Assembly: GCA_944386865.1 (NCBI GenBank)
Contig: CALXCT010000041.1
Location: forward strand, 3,826-67,825
Source: an uncultured Oscillospiraceae bacterium
Lineage (GTDB): Bacteria; Bacillota; Clostridia; Oscillospirales; Oscillospiraceae
Length of the DNA stretch: 64,000 bases
Reading direction: 5' to 3'
Shown here: in pieces, positions 58,471 to 64,000 of the stretch
How positions within the stretch are numbered: the stretch's first letter is position 1
Layout: every line of letters begins with the position of its first letter
Position numbers and translations under genes: made by a program
Notes under the pieces: generated by a model
Told to the model about the DNA's origin: nothing
Seen by the model: the letters and a program-made list of their open reading frames with translations, nothing else
Database searches by the model: none

Positions 58471-59241
58471 ATGGAAGCTGACGAGCGCAAGGTCCAATAC
58501 CATATCATGTGCAGAGAGGGCGACGTGGGGCGGTACTGCATCCTGCCCGGCGATCCGGGCCGGTGTGAGCTCATCGCGTCCTTCTTCGACGATCCGGTGA
58601 AGGTGCAGGTCAACCGGGAGTACACCACCTACACCGGCACCCTGCTGGGAGAAAAAGTCTCGGTGGTCTCCACCGGTATCGGCGGCCCCTCCGCCTCCAT
58701 CGCCATGGAGGAGCTGGCCAACATCGGGGCGGACACCTTCATACGGGTGGGCACCTGCGGCGGCATCCGGCTGGACGTCAAGAGCAACGACGTGGTCATC
58801 GCCACCGGCGCCGTGCGCATGGAGGGCACCAGCCGGGAGTACGCCCCCATCGAATTCCCCGCCGTGCCCGACTACCAGGTGCTCTCCGCCCTGGTGGAGG
58901 CCGCCGGAGAGCTGGACTACCGCTGGCACGCCGGGGTGGTGCAGTGCAAGGATTCCTTCTATGGACAGCACTCCCCTCACCGCATGCCCGTGTCCTGGCA
59001 GCTGGAGCAGAAGTGGGAGGCCTGGAAGCGCCTGGGGGTGCTGGCCAGCGAGATGGAGTCCGCCGCCCTGTTCGTGGTGGCCGCCTCCCGCCAGCTGCGC
59101 TGCGGCTCGGTGTTCCACGTGGTGTGGAACCAGGAACGGGAGGCCGCCGGTCTGGACCAGGAGGAGTCCCACGACACCACCTCCGCCGTGCGGGTGGCCG
59201 TCGGTGCGCTGAAAAAATTGATCCTGGCGGACCGGGGCTGA
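58471..59241 (+). CDS. udp: Nucleoside phosphorylase, uridine phosphorylase-like (PNP/UDP family 1)
   Basis: Contains [39 protein letters not shown] and [14 protein letters not shown] lies 8 nt upstream of the ATG at 58471. Confidence 0.82.
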   Translation: MEADERKVQYHIMCREGDVGRYCILPGDPGRCELIASFFDDPVKVQVNREYTTYTGTLLGEKVSVVSTGIGGPSASIAMEELANIGADTFIRVGTCGGIRLDVKSNDVVIATGAVRMEGTSREYAPIEFPAVPDYQVLSALVEAAGELDYRWHAGVVQCKDSFYGQHSPHRMPVSWQLEQKWEAWKRLGVLASEMESAALFVVAASRQLRCGSVFHVVWNQEREAAGLDQEESHDTTSAVRVAVGALKKLILADRG

Positions 59242-59293
59242 GGCCCGGTCCGCCGGGGCCCGGTCTGTCATCCGGCGGACCGGGCCCTTTTTC
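59242..59293 (+). terminator. Intrinsic terminator after udp
   Basis: A 15-bp stem, GGCCCGGTCCGCCGG paired with CCGGCGGACCGGGCC, followed by CTTTTTC. Confidence 0.8.
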
Positions 59294-59379
59294 TCTCCAC
59301 ACCGGATCTGCGCCGCCATTGTGCCGAATTTCCGGCGGCGGGGCCCTCCGTTTTTGTCGAATCGCCGCCCCCGCCCGTC

Positions 59380-59408
59380 TTGCATTTTCCGGCGGGGATT
59401 GGTATGAT
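59380..59408 (+). promoter_or_regulatory. Putative sigma-A promoter for the aconitase gene
   Basis: TTGCAT (59380..85), 17 nt, TG-extended TATGAT (59403..08). Confidence 0.5.
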
Positions 59409-59477
59409 AATGGATAACTTCTTTTTTCCGCCTGCGGGGCGGACAATCTGTGTTTCAATATGACCGGAGGTTGCTGT

Positions 59478-61721
59478 ATGGTTACTGTAATCAAAGAGGG
59501 CGCCTATTACCACGACGGGGTGCTCATCTCCCCCGCCGACGGTGCGGCCCTGTCCTTCACCCCCCAGTTGGGGCGCGCCGCCACCATGGCCTATCGGATC
59601 CTGGATGCCCACAACACCAGCGGGTCCATGGAGTCGCTGAAGCTCCGCTTCGACGCCATGGCCTCCCACGACATCACCTATGTGGGCATCATCCAGACCG
59701 CCCGGGCCTCCGGGCTGGAGGAGTTCCCCCTGCCCTACGTGCTCACCAACTGCCACAACTCCCTGTGCGCCGTGGGCGGCACCATCAATGAGGACGACCA
59801 TGTCTTCGGCCTGTCCGCCGCCAAGAAGTACGGCGGCGTGTTCGTCCCCGCCCACCAGGCGGTGATTCACCAGTACATGCGGGAGCGCTACGCCGCCTCG
59901 GGCAGCATGATCCTGGGCTCTGACAGCCACACCCGCTATGGCGCCTACGGCTGCATGGCCATCGGCGAGGGCGGCCCGGAGCTGGTCAAGCAGCTGCTGT
60001 GCAAGACCTACGACGTGTCCTACCCCAAGGTCATCGCCGTCTATCTGGAGGGCGCGCCCAAGCCCGGCGTGGGACCCCAGGACGTGGCTCTGGCCCTCAT
60101 CGGCGCCACCTTCAAGGACGGCTTCGTGAAAAACGCGGTGCTGGAATTCTTCGGCCCCGGCGTGGCCAACCTGTCCATGGACTACCGCTCCGGCATCGAC
60201 GTGATGACCACCGAGACCGCCTGCCTGTCCTCCGTCTGGTCCACCGACTCCACCGTAGAGGAGATGCTCTCCGCCTTCGGCCGGCCGGGCGACTTCCGGG
60301 AGCAGGCCCCCCTGGAGGGCGCGTGGTACGACGGCGCGGTCCGGATCGACCTGTCCAAGGTCAAGCCCATGATCGCCCTGCCCTTCCACCCCTCCAACGC
60401 CTACACCATCGCCGACTTCAAGGCCAACATGGCTGACCTTCTGCACCAGGTGGAGCAGGACGCCGTGAAGTCCCTGGAGCTGAAGACCGCGCCCCCCTCC
60501 CTGCTGGACAAGATCGTGGACGGCCAGTTCCACGTGGACCAGGGCGTCATCGCCGGCTGCTCGGGCGGCACCTACCAGAACCTGCTGCGGGCCTCCGAGA
60601 TCCTGGACGGCTCCTCCATCGGCTCGGACGCCTTCTGGCTCAGCTGCTATCCCGCCAGCCAGCCCGTGATGATGGAGCTGACCCGCAAGGGCGCCATCAC
60701 CTCCCTGATGGCGGCGGGCGCCTCCATCCGTTCCTGCTTCTGCGGTCCCTGCTTCGGCGCGGGCGACGTGCCCGCCAACGGGGCCTTTTCCATCCGCCAC
60801 TCCACCCGCAACTTCCCCAACCGGGAGGGCTCCAAGCCCGGCGAGGGCCAGATCTCCTATGTGGCACTGATGGACGCCCGCTCCATCGCGGCCACCGCCC
60901 TGAACGGGGGCGTGCTCACCGCCGCGGACGAGCTGCCCAATGTGCCCGCCGACCCCGCTGTGGAGCCCTACACCCATGACCCCTCCCCCTACCGCTCCCG
61001 GGTCTACTACGGCGTGAACCACCCGGAGAGCGACACGCCGCTGGTCTTCGGCCCCAACATCGCCGACTGGCCCGAGCAGGTGGCCCTGCCCCAGGACCTG
61101 GTGCTCACGGTGGCCAGCGCCATCTACGACCCCGTCACCACCACCGACGAGCTGATCCCCTCGGGCGAGACCTCCTCCTACCGCTCCAACCCCCTGCGTC
61201 TGGCGGAGTTCGCCCTGAGCCGCAAGGACCCCCAGTACGTGCCCCGGGCCAAGGCGGTGCTCTCCGTGGAGAAGCTGCGCCGCACCGATCCCGATGATCC
61301 CGCCGTCAACGCCGCTCTGGAGGGCCACGACCCCGCCGTCACCGGCCTGGGTACCCTGGTGATGGCGCTCAAGCCCGGCGACGGCTCCGCCCGGGAGCAG
61401 GCGGCCTCCTGCCAGCGGGTGCTGGGCGGCTGCGCCAACATCGCCCGGGAGTACGCCACCAAACGCTACCGCTCCAATGTGGTCAACTGGGGCATGCTGC
61501 CCTTTGTGGCCCCCGACGTGGAGCAGTGGCAGCTCCAGCCCGGCGACCGGCTGTTCATCCCCGGCATCCGCGCCCTGCTGGAGGGCGACGGCGAGTCCAT
61601 CACCGCCCAGCTGCTCCGGGACGGCACCAGCCGCGAGGTGACCCTCACCCTGCCCGGCCTGACCCGCGAGGAGCGGGACATCATCCTGGCAGGCTGCCTC
61701 ATCAATTACTACGCTCAGTGA
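59478..61721 (+). CDS. Aconitase-family hydratase (putative aconitate hydratase, about 747 aa)
   Basis: Contains GSDSHT, GCSGGTY, CGPCFG and a C-terminal swivel domain. GGAGG lies 7 nt upstream of the ATG at 59478. Confidence 0.86.
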   Translation: MVTVIKEGAYYHDGVLISPADGAALSFTPQLGRAATMAYRILDAHNTSGSMESLKLRFDAMASHDITYVGIIQTARASGLEEFPLPYVLTNCHNSLCAVGGTINEDDHVFGLSAAKKYGGVFVPAHQAVIHQYMRERYAASGSMILGSDSHTRYGAYGCMAIGEGGPELVKQLLCKTYDVSYPKVIAVYLEGAPKPGVGPQDVALALIGATFKDGFVKNAVLEFFGPGVANLSMDYRSGIDVMTTETACLSSVWSTDSTVEEMLSAFGRPGDFREQAPLEGAWYDGAVRIDLSKVKPMIALPFHPSNAYTIADFKANMADLLHQVEQDAVKSLELKTAPPSLLDKIVDGQFHVDQGVIAGCSGGTYQNLLRASEILDGSSIGSDAFWLSCYPASQPVMMELTRKGAITSLMAAGASIRSCFCGPCFGAGDVPANGAFSIRHSTRNFPNREGSKPGEGQISYVALMDARSIAATALNGGVLTAADELPNVPADPAVEPYTHDPSPYRSRVYYGVNHPESDTPLVFGPNIADWPEQVALPQDLVLTVASAIYDPVTTTDELIPSGETSSYRSNPLRLAEFALSRKDPQYVPRAKAVLSVEKLRRTDPDDPAVNAALEGHDPAVTGLGTLVMALKPGDGSAREQAASCQRVLGGCANIAREYATKRYRSNVVNWGMLPFVAPDVEQWQLQPGDRLFIPGIRALLEGDGESITAQLLRDGTSREVTLTLPGLTREERDIILAGCLINYYAQ

Positions 61722-61911
61722 TGTCCCGCTCCGGGACCCGCAAGCGGGCCGCGCCCGGCGCGTACAAGCGTTTTGCCCCTGCAAAACCTTGCTCCCGGCG
61801 GGATCCATTCCCGGCGGGAGGTCATCTGATCGGGGCCCCATGCGGTCTGCCGCATGGGGCCTGCGGGACATCATCCTGGCGGGCTGTCTCATCAACTACT
61901 ACGCTCAGTGA
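61673..61911 (+). repeat. 49-bp direct repeat of the aconitase 3' coding end (61673..61721 and 61863..61911) bracketing a 141-bp insert
   Basis: The copies are 46/49 identical and both end exactly at TGA. The three differences (61691/61881, 61697/61887, 61706/61896) are all third-codon-position synonymous changes. The insert ends with a 12-bp perfect hairpin (61834..61861). Confidence 0.9.
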
Positions 61912-61925
61912 CCAGTCACCGCGAT

Positions 61926-61960
61926 CTGCCCCCGGTGGGATCCACCGGGGGCAGATTTTT
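61926..61960 (+). terminator. Intrinsic terminator following the second (orphan) copy of the aconitase 3' end
   Basis: CTGCCCCCGGTGG-GATC-CACCGGGGGCAG is followed by ATTTTTACCTTTTT. Confidence 0.75.
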
Positions 61961-61969
61961 ACCTTTTTA

Positions 61970-61998
61970 TGAAACCAAAACCGCCTGTCCACCGTGTA
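61970..61998 (+). promoter_or_regulatory. ECF-type (autoregulatory) promoter upstream of the ECF sigma gene
   Basis: TGAAAC (61970..75), 17 nt, CGTGTA (61993..98). This resembles the TGAAAC-N16/17-CGTA pattern of Firmicute ECF promoters, about 22 nt before the start codon. Confidence 0.5.
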
Positions 61999-62020
61999 TG
62001 GGGTGAAAGGAGGTAAGCCC

Positions 62021-62512
62021 ATGGACCAATGGTGGAACGACCCGGCGGAGCTGGCCGGGCGGTATGCCGGAGAAGTGTTCCGGCTGGCCTATGCCCGGAC
62101 CGGGCGGCGGGCCGACAGCGAGGACGTGATGCAGGAGGTGTTCCTCCGGCTGCTCCGCGCCCGTCCCGCCTTTCGGGACGGGGACCACGCCCGGGCCTGG
62201 CTTCTGCGGGTGGCGTCCAACTGTGCCAACGACTGGTTCCGCGCCCCGTGGCGCAGGCGGGAGGCTCCCCTCAGCGATGCCCTCCCCGCTCCGGAGGCGC
62301 CCCGTCCCGGCGGCGCGCTGGAGGCCGTGCTGGCCCTGCCCCCCAAATACCGCATCCCCATCCATCTGTACTACTACGAGGAGCTGTCCGTTGCCGAGAT
62401 CGCCGCGGTCCTGGGCCGGAGCGAGGGCGCCGTGAAAACACAGCTGTTCCGGGCCCGGGCCATGCTGCGGGATCTGCTGAAGGAGGATGAAGATGTTTCA
62501 GAAGGACTATAA
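62021..62512 (+). CDS. RNA polymerase sigma-70 factor, ECF subfamily
   Basis: Region 2 (EDVMQEVFLRLL......F.......AWL.RVA.N...D) and region 4 (YYEELSVAEIAAVLGRSEGAVKTQLFRAR). AAAGGAGG lies 7 nt upstream of the ATG at 62021. Confidence 0.88.
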   Translation: MDQWWNDPAELAGRYAGEVFRLAYARTGRRADSEDVMQEVFLRLLRARPAFRDGDHARAWLLRVASNCANDWFRAPWRRREAPLSDALPAPEAPRPGGALEAVLALPPKYRIPIHLYYYEELSVAEIAAVLGRSEGAVKTQLFRARAMLRDLLKEDEDVSEGL

Positions 62513-63734
62513 ACGGGACCTGTCCGGCCTCTCCCCCTCTCCCGCCGCGCTGGAACGGCTGGACGGACTGCTGAAGGGCGGCAGAAGGCAGCGGCTCATG
62601 CTCCGCCATCCGGGGCGGCGGGCAGTCGCCGCCGCCGTGCTCTGCGCCCTGCTTGCCTTGACCGCGGCAGCGGCCGGGCCCACGGTGTGGGACGCGCTGA
62701 CCGCCCATCTGGGGTCCTTCACCGCCTATCTCACCGGCGGTGGGGCAAACAGCGTCAGCTCCGGGGTGGAGCTGACGGTGGCGGGAGCTATCTCCGACGG
62801 GGCGTCGGCAAAGGTCTATCTCATCGCCCGCGACCGGGAGGGGCGGCTGGACGGGCGCGCCTCCGCCGCGCTGGACCTGGAGGGAGCCAACAGCTGGGGA
62901 GCCCGGGCGCTGGCCTACGACGAGGAGAGCGGCACCCTGCTGCTGGAGCTGGAGGCGGACGGTCTCACCGACGGCGGAGCGCTGGCCCTCACCGGCGGGA
63001 CGCTGACCCCCGGACAGTATTGGGCCACCCGGCATCTGGACCCCGCCGGAGTGTCCCATGAGCCGCTGGAGTGTACCGTCACCGACTACGGCCGCGCGGT
63101 GCTTCTCCCCGGCCAGGCCGGGCAGACTTTTGACGGGCTGGACGGCCTCACCCTGATCTGCGGCTTTGACAGCACCGGGACCTTCCACCTCCGGGCCGTG
63201 CTGGAGAAGGGATATTCCATGACCGCCCCCGTCCAGGTGTTCGCCGTATCCTCCGACGGGAGCGCCTGTATCCCGGAACCGGAGGACCGGGCCCATCTGG
63301 CCGACGGGCAGGACGTGGTCCTCCCGGGAGTCTCCCGGGAAAACTGGGATCAGGTGACGGACCTGTGGGTCTCCCTCAGCTACAAGGGTCCGGAGGAGCC
63401 CATCGAAGGAGACTGGACCCTCACCCTCACCGCCCGGGAGACGGCGGGCGTATCCACCCCGGCGGACTTCTCTCTGGACGTCTCCGCCGGGACCACGGTG
63501 ACCGGAGTGTCCCTCTCCCCCCTGGGCGTGGTGGTGGAGTACACCGGCCAGCCGGGTGATCTGCCCCCGGACGCGGTGGAGGTGGCTCTGGCCGGCGGCT
63601 CCTCCCCGGAGTGGGGGGAGACGTCCGCCTGGAACTGGGGAGGCGAGGGCTACCTGATCCGCCGCTTCGCCGCCCCCGCGGAGATCGAAGGAGCGTCGGC
63701 GGCCCTGTTCGGACAAACGGTGCCCCTGGCGTAG
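62493..63734 (+). CDS. Putative anti-sigma factor: short cytoplasmic N-terminus, one TM, large extracytoplasmic domain (DUF4179-like)
   Basis: It overlaps the sigma gene stop by 20 nt. TM segment AVAAAVLCALLALTAAAAG. AAGGAGG lies 6 nt upstream of the ATG at 62493. The family call is tentative. Confidence 0.55.
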   Translation: MFQKDYKRDLSGLSPSPAALERLDGLLKGGRRQRLMLRHPGRRAVAAAVLCALLALTAAAAGPTVWDALTAHLGSFTAYLTGGGANSVSSGVELTVAGAISDGASAKVYLIARDREGRLDGRASAALDLEGANSWGARALAYDEESGTLLLELEADGLTDGGALALTGGTLTPGQYWATRHLDPAGVSHEPLECTVTDYGRAVLLPGQAGQTFDGLDGLTLICGFDSTGTFHLRAVLEKGYSMTAPVQVFAVSSDGSACIPEPEDRAHLADGQDVVLPGVSRENWDQVTDLWVSLSYKGPEEPIEGDWTLTLTARETAGVSTPADFSLDVSAGTTVTGVSLSPLGVVVEYTGQPGDLPPDAVEVALAGGSSPEWGETSAWNWGGEGYLIRRFAAPAEIEGASAALFGQTVPLA

Positions 63735-63753
63735 GGTCCAGAGCCGGGCATAA

Positions 63754-63796
63754 AAACGCCCCCCGGAAGGAGGAATTCACCTTCCAGGGGGCGTTT
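63754..63796. terminator. Bidirectional terminator between the anti-sigma gene and the convergent edge ORF
   Basis: AAACGCCCCCCGGAAGG pairs with CCTTCCAGGGGGCGTTT (one mismatch), flanked by A and T runs. Confidence 0.7.
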
Positions 63797-63809
63797 GCCG
63801 TGTGCGGAT

Positions 63810-64000
63810 TCAGGAGAGGATCAGCAGATCGGTGACGGTGTAGGGGAACATGTGCTCGCCCTCGGTGAGGATGACCTCGAACTCACAGATCACGCTGCCG
63901 TCCTCCAGGGAGACGATCTGGCCGGGGACCAGGAAGCTGTTCTCCCCGCAGGGGGTCCCCTCGCCCAGCACGGTCTCGCTCAGACCGGCGTCGCCCCGGG
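63810..64000 (-). CDS. 3' end of an unidentified protein gene truncated by the window edge
   Basis: An open frame runs on the minus strand to the window end and stops at TGA (63812..63810). The C-terminus reads ...GEGTPCGENSFLVPGQIVSLEDGSVICEFEVILTEGEHMFPYTVTDLLILS. No family recognised. Confidence 0.4.
   Translation of the reverse strand, partial: RGDAGLSETVLGEGTPCGENSFLVPGQIVSLEDGSVICEFEVILTEGEHMFPYTVTDLLILS

Noticed and set aside
58329-58628. Upstream 100 codons of the M23 peptidase ORF.
   Set aside because: It would overlap the divergent udp gene and its promoter. The ATG at 58328 has a strong SD and is followed by a basic N-region plus a TM helix.
61834-61861. 12-bp perfect hairpin considered as the aconitase terminator.
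   Set aside because: No U-tract follows it, and it lies 1 nt upstream of the duplicated coding fragment. The true terminator-like structure with a T-run is at 61926..61960. I kept the hairpin as part of the duplication finding.
59268-61895. 875-aa minus-strand ORF opposite the aconitase gene. Related ORFs lie at 58387..59385 opposite udp and 62271..63716 opposite the anti-sigma gene.
   Set aside because: The composition is low-complexity and there is no RBS. Its only value is that its N-terminus ([11 protein letters not shown]) repeats that of ORF 61466..61705, which led me to the 49-bp DNA duplication.

Overview
This is a 64-kb, visibly GC-rich chromosomal core segment. The strong G/C third-position bias produces many long, spurious antisense ORFs. 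The host is probably a spore-forming Firmicute of the Clostridia (Oscillospirales-like). That is an inference from spoIVA, a SipL-like LysM protein, ytfJ/DUF2953, a SpoIVFB-like M50 protease and the Clostridia-typical IspH-S1 fusion. I support about 62 protein genes. I found no rRNA, tRNA, CRISPR array, transposase, integrase or phage genes.

Layout:
- Left end: a Crp/Fnr regulator, then leuCDB on the + strand.
- spoIVA (-) lies divergent from a P-type ATPase (+) that is preceded by a yybP-ykoY-type Mn2+ riboswitch and attenuator.
- From 8.3 to 58.3 kb every gene is on the - strand, about 50 kb of co-directional housekeeping operons:
  - sipL-like
  - priA-def-fmt-yugP-rsmB-rlmN-prpC-prkC-rsgA
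  - yicC-remA-gmk-rpoZ
  - cdaA-cdaR followed by a four-gene cysteine-rich module
  - nifS-like/DUF3343
  - carD, ispD-ispF
  - ispH::S1-plsC-cmk-flavoprotein-rpiR
  - scpA-scpB-DUF2953-ytfJ-dacB-rluB
  - tig-clpP-clpX-lon-engB
  - dipeptidase-thrC-phosphoesterase
  - rplS-ylqF-rnhB-yraN
  - a radical-SAM pair
  - an M23/M50 pair
- Right end (+ strand): udp-like, an aconitase, an ECF sigma/anti-sigma pair, and a truncated - strand ORF at the edge.

Many intergenic gaps carry near-consensus TTGCxx-N17-TAxxAT promoters and GC-rich hairpin terminators.

I do not see a clear-cut novel defence or mobile system; most of the window is ordinary core genome. The observations most worth a second look are:
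1. The tightly coupled RseC-like / DUF5685 / cysteine-string J-protein / membrane-protein module, which sits where glmM normally follows cdaA-cdaR.
2. The DUF5685 gene has no canonical start codon and lies in frame behind the TGA of the preceding gene.
3. A 49-bp direct duplication of the aconitase 3' coding end differs only at synonymous positions and brackets a 141-bp hairpin-rich insert.
4. The Mn2+ riboswitch in front of the P-type ATPase.

All family assignments come from reading the translated ORFs, not from database searches.
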